Both the position numbers and the translations under genes were made by a program. From the NCBI GenBank assembly GCA_965204745.1, contig OZ242010.1, positions 2,848,001-2,912,000 on the forward strand: a DNA stretch of 64,000 nucleotides. Reading direction: 5' to 3'. Shown here in pieces: positions 9,108 to 17,766 of this stretch. The DNA comes from Candidatus Latescibacterota bacterium (GTDB lineage: Bacteria; Latescibacterota; UBA2968). Position 1 is the stretch's first letter. Every line of letters begins with the position of its first letter. The notes under the pieces were generated by a model. The model ran no database searches. It was given only the letters and a program-made list of their open reading frames with translations, and was not told the DNA's origin.

Positions 9108-9668
9108 TCAGGCTCTTAGCGACCGGAGCTCGTTCAGAATTTGGCGGAGGCGGAGTTTTGCGATCTTGGTTTCGTTGTCCCGCAGTTTCGATTTCGGGGG
9201 TTTGTTTTTGTTTGCGAATGGAGGCAGACCCGTGTTGCGAACCCATGTGTCATACAAATGCCCCTCGGCCTCCTCGGCTTCGGCAATCGTCTGAGTTGGC
9301 ATCCATATTGCGTATTTCGCGATGCCATTGATCCGTTCGTTTTCCTCGTGCGGTCCATCTTCACCCTGCCCAAAATGGTTAACGAGTCTCTGGTGGAGGT
9401 TATCCGCTTTGCCGACATAGATGAAGTCGCCATTCTCCGCGAACAGCATGTAATATCCGAGGGTCGTCGGTGCTTGTGCGATATCTTCTACATACAAGCC
9501 GTATGCCTTGGCTAAATCAAAAAAATTCCAGTCCTCGGATTTATCACGCCCGCGGATCAGCGCATGATAGATACTGTTGAGCATAGTTTTTTTTCTTTTT
9601 TCTGCCCGATCCCGACCCCTGATTAACTGCTCGCCTAACGAGACAGCAGAAGCGTGTTTAGAATCCAT
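9108..9668 (-). CDS. GIY-YIG nuclease, paralog of 2672-3088 with an N-terminal extension
   Basis: GYYMLFAENGDFIYVGKA; core nearly identical at DNA level; LIRGRD occurs twice in the N-terminus. Confidence 0.85.
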   Translation of the reverse strand: MDSKHASAVSLGEQLIRGRDRAEKRKKTMLNSIYHALIRGRDKSEDWNFFDLAKAYGLYVEDIAQAPTTLGYYMLFAENGDFIYVGKADNLHQRLVNHFGQGEDGPHEENERINGIAKYAIWMPTQTIAEAEEAEGHLYDTWVRNTGLPPFANKNKPPKSKLRDNETKIAKLRLRQILNELRSLRA

Positions 9669-9760
9669 TTTCTCCTCCTTTCGGCTACGCTCAAATTCGG
9701 TTTCTAATGATGGCCCTCAACACTTTTGATATGATACTTTGTTTGGTCATTTCGTCAAGT

Positions 9761-10519
9761 TTATTTTTTTGATTCATGGTGTATTTCTTTTAGTCCCTCG
9801 AATAATTGAAATACAAGTGCCAAAGTGTCCGCAACGGCTTGAACCAAGAACTTTACCTCCTCTGGCTTAAAAGCGTCCTTCTTTTCACAATCAATATTCA
9901 CAACGCCTGCTGTAGTGCCATTCACTCGATAAGGACAGGATATTACACTTTTGTAGGCAACGGTTTCCTTGTCTGATACTATTAGAAAGTGGCGATGCGT
10001 TTCTATATTATTGACAATTTTGACTTGCTGTTCGAAAAAAGCACGACCAGCTATCCCAAGACCTATGGGAATTTCTGTAACAGGCGTTTTTTCATATCTA
10101 TCTGGAGGCGTATTTGTTGACCACTCGACAACCCTGAGATTTTCTGAACTTTCTGAATATGGAACCATAAGATTTGCATAGCATGGAACACCAATGATTT
10201 GGTTGAAAAGACTGGCTGATATATCCAAGACTTTGAGCACAGAAGAGCTTAAGATATCTTCATGGTCTTCTGGATGGCGATAGATCTCGAACAACTTCTC
10301 CGAGACGAGAATATCTCGAAATTCGTGTGGCAATTGATGTACATGGCTAAATGAGGAAAGCAATCGTCTATAAGCCTGTCGATCTTTCCAAAACCGAAAC
10401 GCCACATATCCCAGACAAAACGCAAGCACCAAAGAGCTTGCCACAACCCAGTGGTCAAGCAATAAAGACAAAAATGAGACAATGCAAGAAAAGATAGCCA
10501 ACCAAGATTTTTTATCCAT
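9761..10519 (-). CDS. 2-TM protein with a C-terminal GAF domain
   Basis: GLGIAGRAF, YKSVISCP, GVVNID, F..EE GAF signature. Confidence 0.8.
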   Translation of the reverse strand: MDKKSWLAIFSCIVSFLSLLLDHWVVASSLVLAFCLGYVAFRFWKDRQAYRRLLSSFSHVHQLPHEFRDILVSEKLFEIYRHPEDHEDILSSSVLKVLDISASLFNQIIGVPCYANLMVPYSESSENLRVVEWSTNTPPDRYEKTPVTEIPIGLGIAGRAFFEQQVKIVNNIETHRHFLIVSDKETVAYKSVISCPYRVNGTTAGVVNIDCEKKDAFKPEEVKFLVQAVADTLALVFQLFEGLKEIHHESKK

Positions 10520-10589
10520 CTCATTACCTCATAAATTCCGGCCATCACTTGCTCAATATAGGAACCAAATTGTTGTCGCATAAAATAAA

Positions 10590-10656
10590 AAAATAGATGA
10601 TGGGGGGGCGTATCCAGTCCCAACATCGTTACATTTGCCAATGCGTCATTCAGCAA
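10590..10656 (-). pseudogene. N-terminal stub of a PIN-domain toxin
   Basis: LNDALANVTMLGLDTPP, then IIYFF after a 1-nt slip in a C run (LDTxPIIY PIN motif). Confidence 0.45.
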
Positions 10657-10707
10657 CGGTCACGTTTAACGATCCCATTCTTTGCGGGAACGCCTTTAGA
10701 TACTGCT

Positions 10708-10929
10708 TTAGAGTTTCTCAAACTCATTTGGGGTCAATCTCGCTTGGCGCAAAATACTCCGCAATATGCCAATTGGAATCTCACGGTGATGTGGAACAAT
10801 CGTTGTACACACCTTATCATCGCTGTATCGAACAAACTTTACATGACTGCCTCGTTGGCTGATTATTGTGAATCCTGCCTTTTCCAACTTACGCTTGACC
10901 TGACGATAGGGAAGGGGTTTAAGCGGCAC
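10708..10929 (-). CDS. hicA: HicA-family mRNA interferase toxin
   Basis: QRGSHVKF, VPHHREIPIGILRSILRQA. Confidence 0.9.
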   Translation of the reverse strand: MPLKPLPYRQVKRKLEKAGFTIISQRGSHVKFVRYSDDKVCTTIVPHHREIPIGILRSILRQARLTPNEFEKL

Positions 10930-11137
10930 TGACTTTGACCTCAAATTTTCGGATTGCTGGTTTCAAACTCGGTTGCGGGGGTTCAAAGTACAGTTCCAAT
11001 GCTTCCCCGAGATGGGTCAATGCTTCTTCTTCGCTTTCGCCTTGACTGGCAATATCCACCTCTAAACACTGGGCGATAAACCAGTCCTCTTCTCGCCAGA
11101 TACTCGCCGTAAAAACTTGCGTTTTCATCTTTGCCAT
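10919..11137 (-). CDS. hicB: HicB-family antitoxin
   Basis: FIAQCLEVDIASQGESEEEAL..L.EALELY. Confidence 0.9.
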   Translation of the reverse strand: MAKMKTQVFTASIWREEDWFIAQCLEVDIASQGESEEEALTHLGEALELYFEPPQPSLKPAIRKFEVKVSAA

Positions 11138-11180
11138 CTCCTCTCTTCAAGTCAGATTCTCACTTCAATGCCTTGCAAAT

Positions 11181-11570
11181 TTACCATCTTCGTAGCGACA
11201 GGTCGTCAACTTCTTTGAAGTGGTCATCGCGAGAAATTAGAGTGAGTTGATGCTGTTGAGCTATCGCAACAATCCACAGATCGTTTTCCGGAATTGGCCG
11301 GCCTTTTGCCCGCAACTTGTTTTTGATCTGTCCATATATTCGAGCAGTGCCCCAATCACAGCCGACAATTACAGAACTTGAAGCAAATTCATCAATGCGG
11401 GCTTGATTCGTTTCTACACGGGCCGATTTCAGAGCACCGTAGTAGAGTTCACCTAAGACAATACTTGGGATCAATACCTCTTCAGCACGGTATAGATGGT
11501 CCTGTATGGATTGATCTTGGGCAAAGAGCGCGATGACAATATTCGTGTCGAGTAAATACCTACCATTCAT
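11181..11570 (-). CDS. vapC: VapC PIN-domain toxin
   Basis: YLLDTNI, ELYYG, PENDLWI, SRDDHF. Confidence 0.9.
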   Translation of the reverse strand: MNGRYLLDTNIVIALFAQDQSIQDHLYRAEEVLIPSIVLGELYYGALKSARVETNQARIDEFASSSVIVGCDWGTARIYGQIKNKLRAKGRPIPENDLWIVAIAQQHQLTLISRDDHFKEVDDLSLRRW

Positions 11571-11787
11571 CTGTCTGCACCTTTTCACAATCTGCTTTAA
11601 TGGCTTGAGCCATGTCTCGGAGATCGGTCGCCGGTATTTGTCCTGCGAAGACCAACAGATTTTTACCGGGAACGCCCTTGGGATGAGTTGCCAAGTCGTG
11701 GGCTGTCATTTCCAACAGGCGCAACCGGTCGGCGGTGGACAGGGGTTTGACATGGTTTTCATAGACTGCTTCCAAGTGATCCATCAC
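11560..11787 (-). CDS. Putative VapB-type antitoxin
   Basis: 75 aa; overlaps the vapC start; GKNLLVFAGQI. Confidence 0.75.
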   Translation of the reverse strand: MMDHLEAVYENHVKPLSTADRLRLLEMTAHDLATHPKGVPGKNLLVFAGQIPATDLRDMAQAIKADCEKVQTDEW

Positions 11788-11879
11788 AGTATCTCCTTTC
11801 GCGTGAGGATTGTTATTGGCACTTTTGCTCTAAAAAAAAACACCCCTCGCACAACAGTATTTTCCCACCAATCAACTTC

Positions 11880-12089
11880 TCAGAGATTTTCTACGTCGTG
11901 CGTCTCGTTTGTGCGGTCTTGTTGGGCCGCCTTCCTGCGGAGACGCTCCAAGAATGGATCTTTGAGTTCCTGCGATGCGAGCCAATCGAGTTCCTCTTCG
12001 CATGTCATCCCTTTGATCTGAACCGAAAGTTTGGCGCGAATCGAGCGCATCATCTCAACGGAATCGAATTTTTTCTTTTTATTTTTCAT
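11880..12089 (-). CDS. Putative antitoxin
   Basis: KKFDSVEMMRSIR family; overlaps the stop of the PIN gene. Confidence 0.7.
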   Translation of the reverse strand: MKNKKKKFDSVEMMRSIRAKLSVQIKGMTCEEELDWLASQELKDPFLERLRRKAAQQDRTNETHDVENL

Positions 12090-12540
12090 CTCTTAAAACC
12101 TCTCGCGGAGAGCGGATTTCAAGGGTCAAGTAGCCACGCCGGAGATTCACGGAATTGTAGCCATGAATCCGATGCGGATTCACGATGTGTCTGAAGTTCC
12201 AACTCACAAGCACGTTCACGCGGGCAACAGTGGCCATGGCGATGTGTTGAGCATCTGCCCGCATACGCCTGCTGACGATCCCTTCGGATATATAGGCGTC
12301 TGCGAGTTCCTGTGACTCTGTGCTGAGACGCAGAACTTCGATGTGTTCTTCCGGCACCGCGGCAAGGTGAGCACGCACTTCATTCGGAGATGTTGCAAGT
12401 TCTTGAATGGTGAGATCAGAGAGCACGAGCACATAATCTCCCTTGATAAAGCACGCCATCAATCGAATGGAATGCTCGCGCCACTCATCGTCCTCGCATC
12501 CTCCAATCACGGAGGTGTCGATATAGATCCGTGCTTTCAT
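12079..12540 (-). CDS. PIN-domain toxin
   Basis: IYIDTSVIGG, DAQHIA, LVSWNFRHIVN. Confidence 0.9.
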   Translation of the reverse strand: MKARIYIDTSVIGGCEDDEWREHSIRLMACFIKGDYVLVLSDLTIQELATSPNEVRAHLAAVPEEHIEVLRLSTESQELADAYISEGIVSRRMRADAQHIAMATVARVNVLVSWNFRHIVNPHRIHGYNSVNLRRGYLTLEIRSPREVLRDEK

Positions 12541-12544
12541 CTTT

Positions 12545-12675
12545 GGATTGCTGGTTTCAAACTCGGTTGCGGGGGTTCAAAGTACAGTTCCAATGCTTCC
12601 CCGAGATGGGTCAATGCTTCTTCGCTTTCGCCTTGACTGGCAATATCCATCTCTAAACACTGGGCGATAAACCAG
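12545..12675 (-). pseudogene. Truncated second copy of hicB
   Basis: ~130 bp nearly identical to 10951-11084; 5' end replaced by REP-like repeats. Confidence 0.85.
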
Positions 12676-12682
12676 CACCCGA

Positions 12683-12769
12683 AAAAAGGTGAGAAGGTAG
12701 AGGCAAGACGTGAGAAGGCCACCCCAAAAAAGTGAGAAGGTAGAGGTAAGACGTGAGAAGGCCACCCCT
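12683..12769 (+). repeat. Two tandem copies of the REP-like repeat GGTGAGA(A)GGT(G)AGAGGCAAGACG..AGAAGGCCACCCC
   Basis: Same family at 44045-44086 and 46706-46750; reverse-type copies at 13534, 39019, 39081 and 59210. Confidence 0.8.
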
Positions 12770-12809
12770 CTTGTATCTTGGAAGTAAGGGTTAATTAGGA
12801 GTTGCGCCC

Positions 12810-12982
12810 TCGTATCGAGATAAGCCATCTTGATGCCCGGCTCGGGGAAGGCCGGCCCCTCTTGAAGGCGATGACCTTGTAGGTAAGATAGGCCCCCCGA
12901 CCGCCGGGTCTATGCCGAAGAGTATCTAAGTCCCTTGAGGCTGCATATACAAGACCGGTAGACTTGGCGTCAATGGTCGGGA
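12810..12982 (+). ncRNA. Predicted IS110 bridge RNA (5' hairpin, target-binding loop, donor-binding loop)
   Basis: Hairpin at 12812-12836; two stem-internal loop-hairpin modules whose loop segments match the target and donor junction sequences. Confidence 0.7.
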
Positions 12983-13036
12983 TCGAACTCGAGCGCACAC
13001 CAGACCCCTTACAACCCCTCATCACAGGAGGCCCCC

Positions 13037-13535
13037 ATGTCGAAATCTCAACCCGCTTTCGCCGGCATTGATGTCAGTGCCCGCACGTTGTCTGTTGCCC
13101 TGTCCAGACCCGGACAAGCTGTCATGCAAGCGACCTTTGCCAATGATCCCCAAGCCCATAAGCGGTTGCTGAAGTGGCTCACCAAGGGCGGGCACATGGT
13201 CTCTGTGTGCCTCGAAGCGACCGGGCTTTACAGCTTGGGGGTGGCCTTGGCCTTGCATCGGCATCGCCACACAAAGGTCATGGTCGTCAATCCCAAAGCG
13301 ATGAGCAAGTACGGTCAAGCCCGCATGCAACGAGCCAAGACGGATGCGAAGGATGCGTTGTTGATCATGGATTATGCCGAGCGCATGCGTTTGTGCCTTG
13401 CCGAGTGAGCAACGGCTTCAACTGCAAGCCCTCACCAGACGCATTTCAAGCGATCATCAGTGAACAGAGCCGCAACCACGCGCAAAGCTACCACATCCTC
13501 ATCGCACGCGATATTCAGGTGAATATTCGACACCT
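13037..13535 (+). pseudogene. IS110 transposase (RuvC-like DEDD domain), frameshifted and truncated
   Basis: GIDVS, CLEATG, VVNP, KTDAKDA; out-of-frame continuation EQRLQLQALTRRI...IARDIQVNIRHL. Confidence 0.9.
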
Positions 13536-13608
13536 CTTGCCTCTCCCGTCTTGCGTCTTGGCTCACACCGGCTTATCGTATATCTTCTCAAACACCGCGT
13601 CCGCGCCT

Positions 13609-14859
13609 TCATCTTTGCAGGCTATCGTTGCGATGGGGATCGACGATGACGATGCCATCCGGGCCAAATTGTGCGGTAACAACCGCGCCTTTGCCTGCGC
13701 GGAGGTACTCGAAATTGCGGTCGCGGACAATGCGTGCGGCATCGACTATCGCCGCGGTAATCCGGCCGTCTTCGGCCGTGGGATAAATCTCCTTCACGTC
13801 GGCGACAGACGCGCCCAAAAACTTCACGCGACACACCGCCACCAATGCCACTGTGATGCTGTCTATGCCATACCCCACATACACCTGTGACCCGTCGGGG
13901 CGTTGGACATTGCGCGTAAAATGATTGTTGGAACTCTGGCTGCTGCCGCCCGCGTACCAAAACCGAAACCCGCGGTACTGCTGGTCGGATTCCACCTTGC
14001 CTTCCGTGCCCACAATCTCGTGGCCCTGATTGACCGGGCCTTCAAAGTCATCGGGCGTGATCCAGTTGTTGTGAAAATAAACGCTCATGCCATTGTCAAA
14101 ATCCACGCGCACCTGCACCGCGTCATAAGCGTCTATCCCATCGCGCACCAACCGCTTTTTTTGCCCCACCGCCGTGAGCGACACGGGCTTGCTGCGATAG
14201 TAATTGTAGAACAAATCGACCCAATGCGGCCCCACATAAGAAAAGGGATCGCTGTCTTCGGCCCACTTAAACGTGCTCGTGGAGACTTCGAGGGGTTCTT
14301 CCAGCATCGCCAAGCCGTAGAGCGGATCCCCGATGCGATGGGCGATATCGCGCTGGATCCGCAGGTGATCCGGGTCGTAGCGTTTGTGCATGTCCACCGC
14401 GCAGATCAGTTCTTTTTCATCGGCCAATTCGACCATTTCATCGGCTTCCCGAATCGACAAGCACATCGGTTTTTCCGTAATCACATGCGTGCTGTTGTGC
14501 AACGCGGCCAGCACCACAGGCGTGTGCAAATTGTCGGGCGTGGCAACGGCCATCACATCCAAGTCGGGAAAATCGCGCAACACAGCTTCCCACGGGGTCT
14601 CGCCCCAATACGGCTTGGGCGCGTGTCCGGTCCACTGCTCAAAATTCGCCCGTGCGCGCTGTGCGGACGCCTCGGTGCGCGTGGCAACGGCCACCAACTC
14701 AAATTCGACATCCGCCAGATCGCGCGCCCAGGCATCAAGCCCGACGCGCCCCATAAGACCGCTGATGCCATTGCATTGCAAATCCGCGTACGCCCGCGCG
14801 TGAATATCCCCGCCAAACATCCCCGCGCCAATCAACGCAATCGTCACCTTCCTCGCCAT
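13609..14859 (-). CDS. Gfo/Idh/MocA oxidoreductase
   Basis: IGAGMFG, ATPDNLH, EKP and DMHKRYDP motifs. Confidence 0.9.
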   Translation of the reverse strand: MARKVTIALIGAGMFGGDIHARAYADLQCNGISGLMGRVGLDAWARDLADVEFELVAVATRTEASAQRARANFEQWTGHAPKPYWGETPWEAVLRDFPDLDVMAVATPDNLHTPVVLAALHNSTHVITEKPMCLSIREADEMVELADEKELICAVDMHKRYDPDHLRIQRDIAHRIGDPLYGLAMLEEPLEVSTSTFKWAEDSDPFSYVGPHWVDLFYNYYRSKPVSLTAVGQKKRLVRDGIDAYDAVQVRVDFDNGMSVYFHNNWITPDDFEGPVNQGHEIVGTEGKVESDQQYRGFRFWYAGGSSQSSNNHFTRNVQRPDGSQVYVGYGIDSITVALVAVCRVKFLGASVADVKEIYPTAEDGRITAAIVDAARIVRDRNFEYLRAGKGAVVTAQFGPDGIVIVDPHRNDSLQR

Positions 14860-14990
14860 CTGTTCCTCCCTTCAGAATTGGGATTTACGAAACAAAAAAT
14901 AAAATTGCGTGTGTTTCAAAATCTTCTACATTCCGCTCCTGTAAGTTGTTACAAATCGTCACTTGTCGCCACAAAACCAAAGGAACAAAA

Positions 14991-15242
14991 ATGCTCATGA
15001 TTCAAATTGAAGTGCCGGAAGAAATTTTTCTGTCCTTAAAAGAGACCCCCGAGGAATTTGCCCAAGAGGTCCGCAGGGCCGCTGCTGCCAAGCTATATGA
15101 AATGGGCAAAATGTCTTCCGGGCGTGCCGCGGAACTCGCCGGCATGTCGCGCATCCAATTTCTCCAAGATATGGGTCACTACGGCGTGTCCATATTTGAC
15201 CTGACACATGAGGAATTAGAACAGGACCTGCAAAATGCCTGA
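14991..15242 (+). CDS. UPF0175-family putative antitoxin
   Basis: AAAKLYEMGKMSSGRAAELAGMSR. Confidence 0.85.
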   Translation: MLMIQIEVPEEIFLSLKETPEEFAQEVRRAAAAKLYEMGKMSSGRAAELAGMSRIQFLQDMGHYGVSIFDLTHEELEQDLQNA

Positions 15243-15272
15243 AGTCGTCATCAGTAACACATCGCCGATCTT
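15235..15272 (+). pseudogene. Stub of a DUF3368-type PIN toxin
   Basis: MPEVVISNTSPI overlaps the antitoxin stop, then runs into the end of the convergent gene. Confidence 0.6.
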
Positions 15273-16138
15273 TACTCCTTCCAATCCCTCACCAACCTGC
15301 GCCAGACTTTCACAATTTCATTCTTCTCTCGAATGGCGTCCTGCCAAATATCCGGGAAACAGGCCAGCGCGTACCCAGAGCCTTGGGGGCCGAGTTCGGG
15401 AACGGCGTAGAGCGTCTTGCCCGGTTTCGCGCCTTGCAACCACGCATCGAGCGCGGGTTCCAGATAGTTCGCCAACCAAATCTTAAAATCGCGATCCAAT
15501 CGCCCTTTGCCATTGGTCACGGGCGTTTGGCAATGGCTGCCCGTAAAGGGGCGAAAATGGATGAGTTCGTGCCTACGCAAGAGATCCACGCGCTCGGACA
15601 GTCGCGCCCAGTATTCGTGCGGGCGGAGCTGTTTGATAATGGCCGGATGCGAGTGATCGAAATTCATTCGCAATTTCTTCTCGTACTTCTTCTCGTACGC
15701 CGCGGCCAGTGCAAACGCCTTTTCCGGGGTTTCCGTACACGTATCCCGGTGGATCTCTATCGCGGGTTTGACCCCGTACTTCTTCCCGGCTTTCACCACT
15801 GCTCGCGCCACTTTCAGCGCGTTTTTTGTGCGCGTATCGTGATCGCACAACTGCACGTTGAGATGCACCACGCCGAGATCGGCAAATGCTTTGATCTTTT
15901 CATCGGCTTCCTTCTTGCTACCCACATCCACCCCGCCCACCATTTCCAATCCATTCGCGTGCAACTCAGCGGCCAACTCGGCATCGGCCCCGGCCGCCAT
16001 GCCGGCAAACCCCGCTTCTTTCACCCGCCGCACTTTGGTCTGAACGGCCCAGGGATTTCTCGCAGACGGGTAATCTCGCAAGGACCAGTCCGCGGCCATG
16101 ATTTTGATCTTCGGTTTTTGAACCCTCTGTTTTGCCAT
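15272..16138 (-). CDS. Xylose isomerase-like TIM-barrel protein (sugar phosphate isomerase/epimerase)
   Basis: EIHRDT, DHSH and PELGP motifs; ggaggtg RBS. Confidence 0.8.
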   Translation of the reverse strand: MAKQRVQKPKIKIMAADWSLRDYPSARNPWAVQTKVRRVKEAGFAGMAAGADAELAAELHANGLEMVGGVDVGSKKEADEKIKAFADLGVVHLNVQLCDHDTRTKNALKVARAVVKAGKKYGVKPAIEIHRDTCTETPEKAFALAAAYEKKYEKKLRMNFDHSHPAIIKQLRPHEYWARLSERVDLLRRHELIHFRPFTGSHCQTPVTNGKGRLDRDFKIWLANYLEPALDAWLQGAKPGKTLYAVPELGPQGSGYALACFPDIWQDAIREKNEIVKVWRRLVRDWKE

Positions 16139-16225
16139 ATCTCACCTCCGTTTTTCCGGCCCTCACATCGGCCCGATGCGTTTGGGGCCTTTGTCCATCG
16201 CGAGCATGGACGCATCGAAACTGCG

Positions 16226-17593
16226 CTACATCAAATCGAGTTTGACATCCACATACTCCGCATCGTCCCACAAATTGTCAAACTCGCCCGGGTCTGCTGC
16301 CAAATCGTATAGCTCGCCCAGGCTGTGCCCGTGATAAACCACCAGTTTGTACTGCCGGTTGCGATACATCGTGGCATAGGTGCCATCGGCTTGATCCAGC
16401 GCGTCGTAATACTCGCAGCGCACAAACTCGCGGTGTTCATCAGCGGGGCACGCGCCGCTCAGCATGGGCAACAAAGAACGCGGTTGCATGCGGTCGGGCA
16501 CTGCCCTGCCGGCCAGTTCCAACAAGAGCGGGGCGATATCGCGCAATTCGACCAGCGCGTCGCTCCGTCGGCCCGATTGCACATGCCCAGGCCATGAAAA
16601 AATCAGGGGCACGCGCACCAGGCCTTCGTAAAACCGACAGCCCTTTTTGAGCAACCCGTGGTCGCCGAGCATCTCGCCGTGGTCGCTCGTGAAAATGACC
16701 AGTGTATTGTCGCGTTGTCCCGTGTCTTCAAGCGCGGCAATCACGCGCCCTATCTGCTCGTCGATCAACGCGATCATCGCGTAATACGCCGCGATCAGGG
16801 TTCGGGCATCGCGGCCGCGTTCGGCACTGGGATTTTTGCCGGGCGAGTGCGGCTCAATTGCGTCCGGATGCCGGCCCTTGGATTGAAAATCGATGGCTTC
16901 GAGTTTCGCTTGTTGCGCCAAGTCGCTCTCCCGAAACAGCGGGCCGTTCACCGCTTGCGGATCGAACCTATCGCGGTACGCTTTGGGCGGGTTAAACGGC
17001 GGATGCGGGTCGTAGATATTCACGCAGGCCAGCCAGGGGCCATCGCGTTGCTCGCGCATAAATTCAATGGTCTTTTCCGCACACCACGTCGTCTGGTGCA
17101 ATTCTGCGGGCACCCCATCCGGGCTTTTGATCAACTCGCCCAAGACCTCGCCCTTTGACCGCACCCAATCCGCGTAATCGTGCCCGGTTTCCCAATCGTC
17201 TCGCGGCGCGTGGCTGTATTGCCAATACCGGTACCCATCATCCACCCGTTTTTCGATGCGGCGATACGCACTCGACAAATGCAGTTTGCCGATCAACCCG
17301 CAATCGTAGCCCGCGTCTGATAGCATTTTGGTGACCAGCGGGGGCGCGTCTGGAAAATGCGAATTGCCATTGCCAGTGACGTGTACCGCACTCGCGTATT
17401 GCCCGGTCAAAAAACTCGCCCGGCTCGGCGTGCAGATGGGGCTTTGGCAATACGCATGCGTCAATGCAAACCCCTCTGCGATCAACCGGTCGATATTGGG
17501 CGTATCCACATGCGGATTGCCCAACGCGCCAATGGTGTCATACCGCTGCTGATCCGTGCAAATCCACAGGATATTTGGTCTCGATCCTTTCAT
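16226..17593 (-). CDS. Cys-type sulfatase; probably ends prematurely at an in-frame TAG (read-through would end at 16163)
   Basis: PNILWICTDQQR, CTPSR, GKLH, SDHG. Confidence 0.9.
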   Translation of the reverse strand: MKGSRPNILWICTDQQRYDTIGALGNPHVDTPNIDRLIAEGFALTHAYCQSPICTPSRASFLTGQYASAVHVTGNGNSHFPDAPPLVTKMLSDAGYDCGLIGKLHLSSAYRRIEKRVDDGYRYWQYSHAPRDDWETGHDYADWVRSKGEVLGELIKSPDGVPAELHQTTWCAEKTIEFMREQRDGPWLACVNIYDPHPPFNPPKAYRDRFDPQAVNGPLFRESDLAQQAKLEAIDFQSKGRHPDAIEPHSPGKNPSAERGRDARTLIAAYYAMIALIDEQIGRVIAALEDTGQRDNTLVIFTSDHGEMLGDHGLLKKGCRFYEGLVRVPLIFSWPGHVQSGRRSDALVELRDIAPLLLELAGRAVPDRMQPRSLLPMLSGACPADEHREFVRCEYYDALDQADGTYATMYRNRQYKLVVYHGHSLGELYDLAADPGEFDNLWDDAEYVDVKLDLM

Positions 17594-17766
17594 CCCCGTT
17601 GCTCCTTTGAATAACGCCCGACCTGAAAACCCTCGCAATATAACCCCTACTTTGGAAAAATATAGAACTTTTTGCCCCCTGAGCAAAATTTGGTTTGAGC
17701 GGACTGCGGTGTGTGATATATTGAGCTGGTTAGCAAAACGAGCGATCAGATCAAAGGAGCGCGTAC

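Larger units (their letters stand above)
12770..13537 (+). mobile_element. IS110-family (IS621-like) element remnant, right part lost
   Basis: Junction CCCCT-CT-TGTAT at 12765-12776, structured non-coding left end and a DEDD transposase fragment. Confidence 0.75.

Noticed and set aside
1603-12540. Integron cassette array
   Set aside because: No integrase and no consistent attC (RYYYAAC...GTTRRRY) sites; the genes carry their own promoters and terminators
16226-16228. Amber recoding or pyrrolysine
   Set aside because: TAG terminates several conserved genes here and no pyl genes are seen
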